A stretch of 64,000 nt of DNA from a virus (IMGVR_UViG_3300012157_000001:115402-179401), one strand, 5' to 3'; shown: positions 38,885 through 49,098, counted from the first letter of the stretch. The notes: generated from the letters alone by a model not told the origin. Numbers and translations are program-made.

Positions 38885-39082
38885 AGGGTCGCTTCCGCGA
38901 GTCGGAACCGAAACTCGCCTGGCCACTCCTCGACGCCGCGCGACGTCCATTTCCTGAACCGCGCTTCGGCGGCGGTTCGCTCCGCGGCCCCGTCGAGCAC
39001 CCATTCCCCCGATCCGTCTGTCAGCGCGCAGATCACGAGCCACCGGTGCCCAGCTGGATGGCGGAGCTCAAGCGACACTCCC

Positions 39083-39367
39083 TCAGCGCCCCGTGAGCAC
39101 CCATATCAGCGCGCACGCGAGCAAGATCACGGCGAATCCCAGGATCCTCACCGTCAGCCGCATCCGCACCATGTCGGCGTCCGCGGCCTCCAGGCTTTCA
39201 ATTAGAGGTTCCTCTCGCAGATCCTGCTCAATCGGATCGGTGCCATAGCTACCGAGACCCGCTTCCCGCGCAATCTCCTGTGCGTCTTCGCCCCAGGTTG
39301 GCGCCTCGCCTTCTGGCGGCGCGCCCGCAGCGGGCGGCGCGAAGTACGGTTTGTCTCGGTCGGTCAT
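39083..39367 (-). CDS. small membrane protein
   Basis: C-terminal TM helix; TTGACA upstream. Confidence 0.6.
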   Translation of the reverse strand: MTDRDKPYFAPPAAGAPPEGEAPTWGEDAQEIAREAGLGSYGTDPIEQDLREEPLIESLEAADADMVRMRLTVRILGFAVILLACALIWVLTGR

Positions 39368-39614
39368 GACGCCAATGCTGCCACCCGTGGGTGCTACTTG
39401 TCAAAGACGATTGCGCCATCGCGCAGAACCGGGCGGCTCTCGGCCCACCAGGCCCGTTTGCACGTTTGGCACTCGCATTCGCAGATCATCGGCAGCGGGC
39501 CCGATCGTCCGGGGGACCCGGTGCACGCCTCGTGCGATTCTCGAACTACGACCGGGCAATCCATGTGCTCCGCGCGCCCCGGCGCAAGCGGTCCCCACGC
39601 GGCGCACACCTGGC

Positions 39615-39989
39615 TCATGGCCCGTGCCCGTCGTCGTACTCGTGGTCGTCGTACGCGCGGTCGATGTCCGCGGTTCCGAGCGCCGCGCGTACCTTCGGCT
39701 TCTCGCGACGCACTGAAAGCCACACGGCTTCGCCCTTTTTTACGTGTACGAGCGCGTCGCGGCCGACGAGCGTCGCGAGCGGCACCTCGAACTCTCGGCC
39801 GTCCACCTCATCGGCGAGCACGAGCGTCTGATCGAGAAGCATAACCTCGGAGACGCGGCAGCGGAGCCCCATGACCTCATGCATCACGGGCGGCGGCCGG
39901 CGCCGACGCCGCTTCGTTTTTGCGCGGCCCTTCCGCGCGCGGCGCTTCGGGCGTCCGGTTCCGATGCCCTGGTAGGTGCCTTTGCTCAT
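39615..39989 (-). CDS. basic hypothetical protein
   Basis: coupled ORF. Confidence 0.5.
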   Translation of the reverse strand: MSKGTYQGIGTGRPKRRARKGRAKTKRRRRRPPPVMHEVMGLRCRVSEVMLLDQTLVLADEVDGREFEVPLATLVGRDALVHVKKGEAVWLSVRREKPKVRAALGTADIDRAYDDHEYDDGHGP

Positions 39990-40477
39990 GCCGGGGGCAG
40001 TGTAGCAGTGGCCTCGCCGTCGACGTAGCCCTTGATCTGTTCGTAGCAGCCACCGCACAACATCTCGTGGCGCTCGCTCTGCTGCACGTAGCGCTCCCAC
40101 TCCTCGTCCGTCACGCGAAACATCTCCGGCCACAGCTCGCCGCAGCGCCGGCAGATGTTCGGGTAGAGAATGAACGGCGTGCGGCCCTTCCCGGCCTCGA
40201 TCCGTCGCCACTCGGCTAGTTGGTGGGCCGGCAGACCGTACTCGTAGACCCGCAGCGGCAGACCGGCAGACGCAGCGCGCTCTTCCTTGGTCATCGCGGC
40301 GAAGTTCTCTGGGAAGTGGTCGCGCCGGTAGCCCGGATAGAACTGTTGGAGCTCGCAGCCGCACGTGATCCGCTGGTGGCCGCAGAACGCGCAGCGCTCC
40401 ATGTCGCAGCCGTCCGCGTGGATCTGCCCCTCTTTGACCCCGCAGTCGCCGCAGGTCGCTCGCTCTGAAAGGGGCAT
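39986..40477 (-). CDS. Cys-rich hypothetical protein
   Basis: CGDCGV..G..H..GCDMERC..CG.Q...C; CRRC; LCGGC. Confidence 0.7.
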   Translation of the reverse strand: MPLSERATCGDCGVKEGQIHADGCDMERCAFCGHQRITCGCELQQFYPGYRRDHFPENFAAMTKEERAASAGLPLRVYEYGLPAHQLAEWRRIEAGKGRTPFILYPNICRRCGELWPEMFRVTDEEWERYVQQSERHEMLCGGCYEQIKGYVDGEATATLPPA

Positions 40478-40577
40478 GCTTCGGAAGCTATCAGCGCTGC
40501 CACCGGCGTCAAGCTCGTGACATTTCCTGTCACTCGTGCGCTTGCAGGCCGCGGCGCAAAGGCGCATATCGTTCTGC

Positions 40578-41540
40578 ATGGCGAGTGCAGCCTATGAAGT
40601 CGTTGTCTCCACGGACGCAGGCCGTCCGGCGTGGCTCAAGGCCCGCGCCGAGCTCGTTACCGCATCCGACGTGCCGGTGATTCTCGGTATCGTGCCGGGC
40701 AAGCCGGCGCTCTGGTACGAGAAGGTCGGTCTCCTCGAACACCACGACGACCCCGAGGACGAAGTGCCGATGATGGGCCACTACCTCGAAGCTGTGAACG
40801 CCGAGGTGCTCTACCGCGGCAAGACGGGCCGCAAAGTTCGACGCTGCCAGAAGCTCCTTCGCAGCAAGCGGTATCCGTGGCTCGGCGCGACGCTCGACTA
40901 CTGGACGTGGCTGCCCGGCGAGTCGAGGCCGGGGCCGCTGGAGCTCAAGGTCACAGGCAACAAGGACAACTGGCCCGACGACGCGCCACCCGCGAGCAAG
41001 TTCCAGGCGCAGCTCCAAACGCAGATGCTGGTCGCCGGCAGCAGCTGGGGCTCGCTCTCGGCGATCATTGGGAGCCCGTACATTCACCACCGGTGGGTCG
41101 ACTTCGAGCGCGACGACGCGCTCTGTGATCACATCCTCGCGGAGACCCAAGCGTTCGCGGAGTCCGTGCGCGCGGGCGTGAATCCGCCTGTGGACGGTGA
41201 CGAGAGCACGAGCGACGCCCTGCGCCACCTAGTCGTCGATGTGCTCGCCGGAACGACCACCGTGTTGCCGCCTGACGCGCTCGACTGGGACCAGGAGCTC
41301 CAGGCGGCGCGCGAGGCGATCCGGACGTGGGAGCACCGCAAGCGCTTCTACGAGAACCTGCTCATGACGGCGATCGGCGATCATGAGGTCGGTGAACTCC
41401 CCTACGGCGTAGGTCGCTACACGTTCAGGCGGCAGACGCGCGCCGCGCACACCGTCTCCGGATCGACATTCCGCCGCCTTCAGCGCGTCGCACGCAAGCG
41501 CCGCCGCGGCGTCATACCGGTGATCACGGCGGCCGCGTGA
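40578..41540 (+). CDS. YqaJ-like viral recombinase (lambda-exonuclease family)
   Basis: WLKAR...TASDV, GHYLE, ATLD, LELK, QLQTQM. Confidence 0.9.
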   Translation: MASAAYEVVVSTDAGRPAWLKARAELVTASDVPVILGIVPGKPALWYEKVGLLEHHDDPEDEVPMMGHYLEAVNAEVLYRGKTGRKVRRCQKLLRSKRYPWLGATLDYWTWLPGESRPGPLELKVTGNKDNWPDDAPPASKFQAQLQTQMLVAGSSWGSLSAIIGSPYIHHRWVDFERDDALCDHILAETQAFAESVRAGVNPPVDGDESTSDALRHLVVDVLAGTTTVLPPDALDWDQELQAAREAIRTWEHRKRFYENLLMTAIGDHEVGELPYGVGRYTFRRQTRAAHTVSGSTFRRLQRVARKRRRGVIPVITAAA

Positions 41541-41574
41541 CACACCTTTTCGCCAACCGAAACGGAGATACCCC

Positions 41575-42807
41575 ATGACCCAGACGCAGACGACACCCGC
41601 CACCGCCCCGAAGGGCCTCACCACCCAACGCTCGAATGCACCGCGCGATCCGAACTCCGAATTTCGAGACGTGCTCCTGAAGCTCCGGCCGCAGCTCACC
41701 GCCGCCCTGCCGAAGCACCTCGATCCAGATCGCCTGCTCCGGATCGTGCTCACGACGGTTCGGAAGACTCCCGCGCTGCTCACCTGTTCGCGTGAAAGCG
41801 TGCTCGCCGCGATCATGCAAGCCGCGCAGCTCGGGCTCGAACCGGATGGAAACCTAGGCCTCGCGTACCTCTTGCCCTACGGCAACCAGTGCCAGCTGAT
41901 CGTCGGCTGGAAGGGCCTCATTGAGCTCGCCCGGCGCTCCGGGCTCGTTACCAACATCACCGCTCACTGCGTGCACTACGGCGATTTCTTCGAGTACGAG
42001 CTCGGGCTCGACCCGAAGCTGCGGCATATCCCGGCCGACGTGCTCGAAATGCCGCAGTACACGCGCGAACGCACGATCGCCGAAGATATGCGGCGTGAAC
42101 AGGTCGTCGGCGCGCTTGCAGGCAATCGCAAGAGCGATCTCGTTGCCGCGTACGCCGTGGTCACTATGAAAGACGGCAGCCGGAACTTCCGTGTCGTGAC
42201 GCGCAAGCTCGTCGAGAAGGTTCGAGCGAAGAGCGCGTCGCGCAACAGCCAGGCGTCCCCATGGAACGAGTGGGAAGAGCAGATGTGGGAGAAGACGGCC
42301 GTGAAGCAGGTGCTCCGCTTCGTGCCGCTCTCGCCGGAGGACAAGACGATCATCGATCACGCCGATGTCGGCCGTGTGCTCGGCAACATCGGTGACGTGC
42401 GCACGCTGAAGGCGCTCGAAGAGGAGCCGCTGCCGCCCGAGGCTATGACCGACCCAGAGGCGCCCGAGCCCGCGCCCGCTGCCGCGGCGACGGCACCCGA
42501 CCCGGCGGCATCCGCGCCCGCTGCCGCGGCGCCCGCGCAAACCGAGACCAAGAAAACCGGACGCCGCAAGGGCGCCCAGGCGCAGGCCCAGCCGATCACG
42601 AAGCCGCCCGAGGACGCGATCTCGGGCGCGCCGGCACCAGCCCCAGCCGCGGCGGCGCCCGCCCAGCCCGTGCCGCCCCCTCCAGGACCGCCACCACCCG
42701 CCGGCTCAGAAGTCGATGGTCCGCAGCAGGGGCTCTTCGGCGACGGCGGAACCGAGGATCCAGGGCCAGGACCCGAAGAAGCTGACGTCACGGCGGCACC
42801 GCGCTGA
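41575..42807 (+). CDS. recT: RecT single-strand annealing protein
   Basis: ALPKHLDPDRLLR, AAQLGLEP, AYLLPY, GWKGLIELARRSG, SPW..WEEQMWEKT. Confidence 0.93.
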   Translation: MTQTQTTPATAPKGLTTQRSNAPRDPNSEFRDVLLKLRPQLTAALPKHLDPDRLLRIVLTTVRKTPALLTCSRESVLAAIMQAAQLGLEPDGNLGLAYLLPYGNQCQLIVGWKGLIELARRSGLVTNITAHCVHYGDFFEYELGLDPKLRHIPADVLEMPQYTRERTIAEDMRREQVVGALAGNRKSDLVAAYAVVTMKDGSRNFRVVTRKLVEKVRAKSASRNSQASPWNEWEEQMWEKTAVKQVLRFVPLSPEDKTIIDHADVGRVLGNIGDVRTLKALEEEPLPPEAMTDPEAPEPAPAAAATAPDPAASAPAAAAPAQTETKKTGRRKGAQAQAQPITKPPEDAISGAPAPAPAAAAPAQPVPPPPGPPPPAGSEVDGPQQGLFGDGGTEDPGPGPEEADVTAAPR

Positions 42808-43080
42808 GATTTCTAGGGCGGCGCTAACGCGCTCGCGTTCATACGAGCAGCTTTCATGCTGCTTTCGAAGCACGCGCAGATCGCAACCAGAATCGCGGTG
42901 CGTCGTGCGAGTTTTTTCTTCGCATCGCTGTAGCGTGTTCTCTTCCCTTGGCACGTCGCGATCTTGCGCGCCGCCGCTCGTGCTCCGCGCGAACCTGAAC
43001 GGATCTTTCGTCGTTGACTGGTCTATCCCGGCTCTAGTAGCGATATATCCCCGGTTCCACCGACCACAGGGAGAGCTCTC

Positions 43081-43269
43081 GTGCCTACGCCGACGAAAAA
43101 GAAGCGCCCACGACAACAGTACCACTTGCTCGTCGCGCTCGATGACGACGACCGACGCGCCCTCGAAGACGCAGCGCAGATCGAAAAGTTGAACAAGGCG
43201 GACAGCGTCCGTCGTGCCATCCGCGCATACCACCGCAAACTCAGGTCTCAAATCGCCGCTGCCGGCTGA
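43081..43269 (+). CDS. CopG/RHH-type regulator
   Basis: LLVALDDDDRRALE.......KADSVRRAI. Confidence 0.65.
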   Translation: MPTPTKKKRPRQQYHLLVALDDDDRRALEDAAQIEKLNKADSVRRAIRAYHRKLRSQIAAAG

Positions 43270-43353
43270 GCGTCACGAAAGCGTCGTGATGCAAGGTACA
43301 GCTATTGCTGTCGGTGCTGTCATCGCTACCATGCGGCAGTTGGAGTCTACCTA

Positions 43354-44337
43354 ATGGCTTGGCTTGCTGATCCGCGCAAGTGGGCCGACGACTGGTGGGC
43401 TGGCCTCTCGTTGGGTGCTCGGTGGATTTGGGAGGCATGCCTCACTGGTCCGTATCGGACGGTAGTGCCGGGGCTCTGTAAGGGTGTGAACCTGTACACG
43501 CTCCACAGCCACGTCGTACGCCGGATCCGCCGACCTGAACGGCGTTTTTCCTTTGATGAGTTCGCTACGGATCTAACGGAGGTACTGGAGCCAGACACGA
43601 ACGGAAAAATTCACCTGTACCTAGACGCCAACACCGAGGTTGCTCGAATCCCGATGGCGCCCGCGTACAACCACGCTGCTAACCCAAGCGTACTCGCATC
43701 GTGGTACCGCCACTGGCGCGACGTCCCGGACTGCGAGCTAAAATTCGAGCACATCGCCAGCCTTCGACTCGGCGTGAACTTCTCTCTCGTAGATAAACAC
43801 GGTCGCCACTCCATGGTCGAAAAGTGGGACGCGACATTCGGCCAACCTGAACGCGCCTACCTCGACGGAAAGCGCCAGCTCAAAACCTACGCTGATCTTC
43901 AGGAACGCCGTGTACCCACCCAAGAAACCCTGCCATATCCCGCTGGTGTTCTGGGCGCCCAACCCGGACACCGTGCCGGACACCGTGCCGGACACCGTGT
44001 CCCTCTCTCAGAGAACAAGGATTTGGATCGGGATCGGGATCTGGATCTGGATCAGACGGTGTCCAACACCGTGCCGGACACCGTGCCGGCACTGGTTGCC
44101 CAACCCCCACGACCAATTGAATCTTCTCGGAAGAAGAGCGAGCTTAAAGCCAATTCCAATGGAGGTGTACACGATGAAACAGGTCGCCCAGGGCTTGGAC
44201 CACACGGCACTGCGAACGGGGAGGGAAGCCGAGCGGCAGTCGCTCAGGGCGGCGGCGGCGGCGGCGGGCGGTCCATCAGCCCTGTTCCGGGACCGTTATC
44301 CGTGCCTCGGCGCCCTTTGCCCCGCGGATTGGAGTGA
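43354..44337 (+). CDS. putative replication initiator
   Basis: directly upstream of loader and helicase; internal repeats and DxDxD tract. Confidence 0.55.
   Translation: MAWLADPRKWADDWWAGLSLGARWIWEACLTGPYRTVVPGLCKGVNLYTLHSHVVRRIRRPERRFSFDEFATDLTEVLEPDTNGKIHLYLDANTEVARIPMAPAYNHAANPSVLASWYRHWRDVPDCELKFEHIASLRLGVNFSLVDKHGRHSMVEKWDATFGQPERAYLDGKRQLKTYADLQERRVPTQETLPYPAGVLGAQPGHRAGHRAGHRVPLSENKDLDRDRDLDLDQTVSNTVPDTVPALVAQPPRPIESSRKKSELKANSNGGVHDETGRPGLGPHGTANGEGSRAAVAQGGGGGGGRSISPVPGPLSVPRRPLPRGLE
43964..44091. repeat. iteron-like repeats, putative origin
   Basis: CCGGACACCGTG x3, GGATCK hexamers, one inverted and two more direct copies. Confidence 0.7.
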
Positions 44338-45067
44338 AGAGTCGCTCGTTGCGCAGACCGTCGCTTGGTACGAGGATTCGGAAGCCCGTCTGACGACGTG
44401 CGCGACGTGTCCGCCATCCGGCGGGGCGTGCGCTCGCGAGCGGATGCTGCTGAAGCCGGGTCAGTTGCCGGTGTGGCAGGGCGACCGGATCGTCGCTGCT
44501 CCATGCGAGCGGTACCGCGAGTGGAGGCTAAGTGAACGGCTTGCCGTGAGTAACGTGCCGGAGCGCTACCGTGGCTGCACGATTGATGGTTTCGAGGTGG
44601 AGACCGACGCGCAGCAACTCGCACGCAATGCGGTCGTAGCTTTCTTCGAATCTCTACAAGCCGGCGTGGAACCGTGGCTGATTGTTTCAGGTCCAGCGGC
44701 GGAGGGTAAGACGCATCTTGCTTGCGCGATGCTGCGAAGCGTACCGCGTGCCATGCCACGGAAACACTTCTGGTACTCGGACATGAACGAGCTGCGGATG
44801 CAGATGAAAAACTACAATTTCGAGTCGCGCGAAGAGAGCCCGATGGACCGGCTGATCGCGACCGAGGTACTCGTGTTCGACAACATGGACGCCACGCGAC
44901 TGTCGAAAGAGGCTTGGTTGAAAGAGCGCGTAGAGGACGTGCTTTACCAGCGATGGAACCGTAAACGAGCGACACTGATCACCACGCACGAAACCAAAGA
45001 CGCAATCGTCGCAACGTTTCCGAGTATCACCACGCTGGGAGAGGCACCGTCGTGCGGCCTGGTGTGA
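44174..45067 (+). CDS. DnaC/IstB-like helicase loader ATPase
   Basis: VPERY, GPAAEGKTHLA, LVFDNM, RW..KRATLITT; GGAGG RBS. Confidence 0.85.
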   Translation: MKQVAQGLDHTALRTGREAERQSLRAAAAAAGGPSALFRDRYPCLGALCPADWSEESLVAQTVAWYEDSEARLTTCATCPPSGGACARERMLLKPGQLPVWQGDRIVAAPCERYREWRLSERLAVSNVPERYRGCTIDGFEVETDAQQLARNAVVAFFESLQAGVEPWLIVSGPAAEGKTHLACAMLRSVPRAMPRKHFWYSDMNELRMQMKNYNFESREESPMDRLIATEVLVFDNMDATRLSKEAWLKERVEDVLYQRWNRKRATLITTHETKDAIVATFPSITTLGEAPSCGLV

Positions 45068-46497
45068 AGAAAGCGGAACCCGCGCAGCTGCGACCGATGC
45101 CGGGTCGCGTGCCACCGCACAACCTCGACGCCGAGGCATCGGTGCTAAGTGCCGTGCTTCTGGTGCCAACTGAGTTCGACGCGGTCGCCGGAGTCCTCCA
45201 GGCTGAGCACTTCTACTCGGACGCCAACCGCCGGATCTTCGAGGCGATGGCATCGCTGAACGTAGCGACGCAACCGATCGACGTCGTGACGGTCGCGACG
45301 TGGCTCCACAACAACGGCCGTCTTGCCCAAGTCGGCGGCACGCCGTACCTGACGATGATCCAAGACGCCATACCGGCTGTGGCGAACGTCGCAACGTACA
45401 CGGAGATCGTACGCGACGCCTGGCAGAAGCGGCAATTCATCGCCCGGTGTCAAACGTTCGCGGCTGAGGCGTACGACACGCCTACGCCGGGGCGTGAGCT
45501 CGTTCAGAACGCAGAGGAGTCTCTTGCTGAGCTCGGGCAGAGCGGCGCGACGAACGCATTCGCCCGCGTCGGCGCGATCGTATCAGCGGAAGTTGAGCGG
45601 CTGGACGACGCCCGCAAGAACGGCATCGCGTCGTTGGCGCTGAGCACTGGTTTCCGCAAGATCGACGAGAATACGGCAGGGTTGCACAAAGGAGACCTGT
45701 ACATCCTCGCGGCGCGCCCCGGTCACGGCAAGTCGAGCTTGGTCATGAACATGGCGGCGAACGTCGCTCGTCCGAAGCGCCACGGCGTGGGTGTGTTCTC
45801 GCTCGAAATGCCCAAAGAGCAGATCGCGGTGCGGCTCGCGTGTGCGGAGCGAGGCATCGACGCAGGCGACGTGCGGCGGAACCGGATGAACGATGATCAG
45901 TGGGCCGAGCTGCAACAGGCTGCTGCCGACCTCGCTCAGATGCCGCTCTGGATCGACGACACCGCGGCGCTGTCGCTACTCGAACTACGCGCGCGCGCTC
46001 GGAAGCTGCAGCGCGACATCGCAGCGGGTCGTACCGACCTAGAATGCGAAGAGCTCGGTCTCGTCTGCGTGGATTACCTGCAGCTCATGCAAGGCATCCG
46101 TGAGCGACAAGACAACAGGGAGCAAGAGATCGGTTCGATCAGCCGCGGGCTAAAGCAGCTAGCGAAGGACTTGAACATTCCAGTCATCGCGCTCTCGCAA
46201 CTGAACCGGTCAACGGAACAACACGGGAAAGATCACCGGCCGAAACTCTCGTCGCTTCGCGAGTCGGGGAACATCGAACAGGACGCGGACAGCGTCTGGT
46301 TCATTTACCGCCCGGACATGTACGACAAGGAAGCGAAGCCCGGCGACGCAGAGTTCATTGTCGCGAAACAGCGCAACGGCCCCCTCGACACAATCGAGAT
46401 GCACTTCCGTGGAGCAACGATGCGCTTCTGCGAGCGTGCCGCGGGCGTCGACGTTGACCAGTTCGACGACTTCGCCGACGCCCTGGGAAACGTGTAG
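45064..46497 (+). CDS. dnaB: replicative DNA helicase DnaB
   Basis: PPHNLDAE, AARPGHGKS, FSLEM, VDYLQL, LSQLNR, LRESGNIEQDAD, KQRNG. Confidence 0.96.
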   Translation: MKKAEPAQLRPMPGRVPPHNLDAEASVLSAVLLVPTEFDAVAGVLQAEHFYSDANRRIFEAMASLNVATQPIDVVTVATWLHNNGRLAQVGGTPYLTMIQDAIPAVANVATYTEIVRDAWQKRQFIARCQTFAAEAYDTPTPGRELVQNAEESLAELGQSGATNAFARVGAIVSAEVERLDDARKNGIASLALSTGFRKIDENTAGLHKGDLYILAARPGHGKSSLVMNMAANVARPKRHGVGVFSLEMPKEQIAVRLACAERGIDAGDVRRNRMNDDQWAELQQAAADLAQMPLWIDDTAALSLLELRARARKLQRDIAAGRTDLECEELGLVCVDYLQLMQGIRERQDNREQEIGSISRGLKQLAKDLNIPVIALSQLNRSTEQHGKDHRPKLSSLRESGNIEQDADSVWFIYRPDMYDKEAKPGDAEFIVAKQRNGPLDTIEMHFRGATMRFCERAAGVDVDQFDDFADALGNV

Positions 46498-46515
46498 GAA
46501 CCGAGCGCTTCCGAT

Positions 46516-46554
46516 ACCGAAAAGTTGCTGGACGCGGAGCAGCGCCGGTAGCCT
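46516..46554 (+). promoter_or_regulatory. repeated phage promoter motif
   Basis: AAAAG-TTGCTG-N18-TAGCCT, recurring at many gene starts. Confidence 0.7.
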
Positions 46555-46564
46555 GCTGGCGACG

Positions 46565-47251
46565 ATGAGCTTCCAGGAGTTCCCGCCCGCCCTGATGGTT
46601 CTGAGCCCGCGCCTGACTACGGCCGGCGATCCCGGTTCTAGCGTCGTTGGGATCAACACGACGCCGCTTGCCGACGGCGCCATCACGTACTGCATCGCCA
46701 ATCAGCTCACGTATCGGTTGAACAAGCAGAGCACGGCCACGCCGGACGGGAACACGATCCTCGCCCCGGTGAACGGTCCTGGGCGCTGGTTGGCGGCGGT
46801 GAACGGTTTGGCTGGCAGCTGGACGACCTACACGCCCAGCTTCAACAGCCAAAACGCCGACGGTGCGCTCGGTGACGGCCTCATCGATGGTCGGTTCAAG
46901 GTCGACGGCGACACGCTTTTTTTCTCGATCTCTCTCCAATGGGGCGCGACGACCAGCGGTGGCACAGGGTTCCTCGTTTTCGGTTTGCCGCCCGGCGCGA
47001 CGATCGACAACGCCAAGATGCTCGGCTTTGGTGTCGGCCTATCATCGGGGATCGCAGCGCAGTCTTCGGTCGCAAACCAGACGTTCCCGCTTATCCAACT
47101 CGCGGCTGCCGACTTTGGTCCGCCACTCGGTCCAGTTGTAGCGTTCGGACTTTCGAGTTCCGCCACCGGGGCGTTTTTAGAGGCAACGTCCCCATTCGCC
47201 TTCGCTGCTGGAGACTTCATCGCAATCCAGGGCACCGTGGCGCTCGTCTGA
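46565..47251 (+). CDS. putative fibre/spike protein with shared N-terminal module (copy 2)
   Basis: MSFQEFPPALMVLSPRL...; C-terminal WTTYTP...GRF..G....LP resembles tail-fibre tip domains. Confidence 0.75.
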   Translation: MSFQEFPPALMVLSPRLTTAGDPGSSVVGINTTPLADGAITYCIANQLTYRLNKQSTATPDGNTILAPVNGPGRWLAAVNGLAGSWTTYTPSFNSQNADGALGDGLIDGRFKVDGDTLFFSISLQWGATTSGGTGFLVFGLPPGATIDNAKMLGFGVGLSSGIAAQSSVANQTFPLIQLAAADFGPPLGPVVAFGLSSSATGAFLEATSPFAFAAGDFIAIQGTVALV

Positions 47252-47269
47252 CGCGAACGAAACCCCGCT

Positions 47270-47308
47270 ACCGAAAAGTTGCTGGTCGAAGCGCGGCGCC
47301 GGTAGCCT
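47270..47308 (+). promoter_or_regulatory. repeated phage promoter motif
   Basis: ACCGAAAAGTTGCTG-N18-TAGCCT. Confidence 0.7.
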
Positions 47309-47317
47309 GCGGGAACC

Positions 47318-48136
47318 ATGAGCTACCAGGACTTTCCGCCCGCCCTCATGATTCTGAGCCCGCGTCTCACGAAGGCCGGTGATCCAGGTTCGAGCGTGGT
47401 TGGGATCAACACAACGCCGGTGGCCGACGGCGCCATCACGTACTGCATCGAGAACAAGCTGGCATATCGGCTGGACAAGACGAGCGTCGCCGCGCCCGAC
47501 GGCAACCTGATCCTCGCGCCGCTCTATGGTCCAGGCCGATGGCTTGCCGCTGTGGCGGGTGGATCGTCGTGCCTCTTGCAGGTCGGTTACGATCAACCAC
47601 CATCAACGATACTATTGCCGACACAAGTAGGTAGCGCGCCGATGCCGCGCACCGATCCGGCGACCACGCCACTTGCCGTAGAGTTCGCCGAAGTCACGCG
47701 CGGCAACGTCGTGGAAGTGTTCTGGGATGCCACTATTGGCAATCCGGGCGGCGACGGCAACGTCACCGAGCTCCAGTTTACGGGCAGCGTCGCCGTGTCG
47801 TTCGTGCCGGCGCCTACGTTCCCCACCGACTTTTTCCTCGTCGCCAATTCGCAAGCGGGCACGCGCATCCCGCCCCCCGTCGGTCCGAATCAATCGGACT
47901 CGACCTACGAGTCGATGAGCGCCCTTGCCGCGTTCACTGTGCCCGCTGGCGTCGGCGCCACGGTGCCTCTCACCGTGTGGATGCTCTACAGCGCGTCACA
48001 ACCTGCGTTTGTCGGCGGCACGAACCTCGCTGGCTTCATTCCCGGCGTGGGGATCACGCTCAAAGCGACCGAGTACAACAGCGATTGTGTGCCCCAGCCG
48101 GGGCCGTTCCAGCTCTTGCCGTTCGGCGAGGGCTGA
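47318..48136 (+). CDS. putative fibre/spike protein with shared N-terminal module (copy 3)
   Basis: MSYQDFPPALMILSPRL...GPGRWLAA. Confidence 0.75.
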   Translation: MSYQDFPPALMILSPRLTKAGDPGSSVVGINTTPVADGAITYCIENKLAYRLDKTSVAAPDGNLILAPLYGPGRWLAAVAGGSSCLLQVGYDQPPSTILLPTQVGSAPMPRTDPATTPLAVEFAEVTRGNVVEVFWDATIGNPGGDGNVTELQFTGSVAVSFVPAPTFPTDFFLVANSQAGTRIPPPVGPNQSDSTYESMSALAAFTVPAGVGATVPLTVWMLYSASQPAFVGGTNLAGFIPGVGITLKATEYNSDCVPQPGPFQLLPFGEG

Positions 48137-48337
48137 TTTCGCGGCGCGTCTTCACGCTTTTTTGACAGCCGGGCTCTGGCGCGCGACCATCGGGCGGCCA
48201 TCCGTCCTTCGGGAAGAGGCCGTCCGCGCGCGCGGCAAACCGTTTGCCCCGGCCCCCGCGCGCGGGCGGCGCAGTTACGGAAACGGCGCCGTCCGAAAAC
48301 TTGCGCGCCGCCGACTGGGCCGCGTAGGCTCTCTCTC

Positions 48338-48640
48338 ATGCGCGTGACCGTGCCGTTGACGCTCGACGTGGGCGCACCCACTGCGTGCATTCCGGATCCG
48401 GAAGCGACCGTGAAGAGCCAGCGCATGCGGATCTTCGACGTCGCGGTGCTCGGCCCGCTCATGATCTGGGGCGGCGCAAAGGCCGGCGGTCTCGGCGGCA
48501 CGGCGCTCGCGTTCTTCGGTGTGACCACGATGTTCTACAACGCACGAAACTACGCGCGCGTTCGCAATATGGCCACGGCGCCCGTGGCTCCTTTGCCACC
48601 ACCGTCCAGTATGCCGCCAGTGGCAGCACCGGCTGCATGA
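48338..48640 (+). CDS. membrane protein
   Basis: KSQRMRIFDVAVLGPLMI...YNARNY; promoter motif upstream. Confidence 0.65.
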   Translation: MRVTVPLTLDVGAPTACIPDPEATVKSQRMRIFDVAVLGPLMIWGGAKAGGLGGTALAFFGVTTMFYNARNYARVRNMATAPVAPLPPPSSMPPVAAPAA

Positions 48641-48659
48641 GCAAAGAGGAACCAGCGGT

Positions 48660-49073
48660 ATGATCACGTTCAAGGATCTCGTCAACCACCCGTTCAGCTT
48701 CGCTATCGGCGTCGGTGTCGCAAACGGCCTCCTCGCAGTCGGTCGCGGCAAGAGCATCGACAAGCCAACCGCGATCACACTGAGCCTCATCCTGGGACTC
48801 GGTGAGATGGCGCTCGTAGCGTTCGAGCCCGAGTCGGAGCGCCCGATGAGCCTAACGGCCATCGGCCTGTGGTCCGTGGCTGGCGTTGCCGTCGGCGTCA
48901 TGCCGTTCATCAGAGAGCACAAGGTGCTCATCCCGGAAGGTGGCTCGTCCAAGCCGTCGTCGTTCCCGTCGCTGCCGATCGCCGCGAATGCGGGAGGCGG
49001 CTCGACGGCGGTAAGCGGGTGGAGCCGCAACGGTCGCCGAGCTGCCGTGCCGCGCCGTCGCCGCCGGGCCTGA
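48660..49073 (+). CDS. membrane protein
   Basis: three TM segments, basic tail, GAGG RBS. Confidence 0.65.
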   Translation: MITFKDLVNHPFSFAIGVGVANGLLAVGRGKSIDKPTAITLSLILGLGEMALVAFEPESERPMSLTAIGLWSVAGVAVGVMPFIREHKVLIPEGGSSKPSSFPSLPIAANAGGGSTAVSGWSRNGRRAAVPRRRRRA

Positions 49074-49098
49074 ACGAAGGAACTGGGCGGAGCGGACG

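Noticed and set aside
43910-44173. N-terminal extension of the DnaC-like ORF
   Set aside because: Overlaps the iteron region of the initiator; a strong GGAGG RBS supports a start at 44174.
7547-48136. Diversity-generating retroelement or shufflon behind the modular fibre genes
   Set aside because: No reverse transcriptase, TR/VR pair or invertase in the window; the similarity is N-terminal with synonymous drift.
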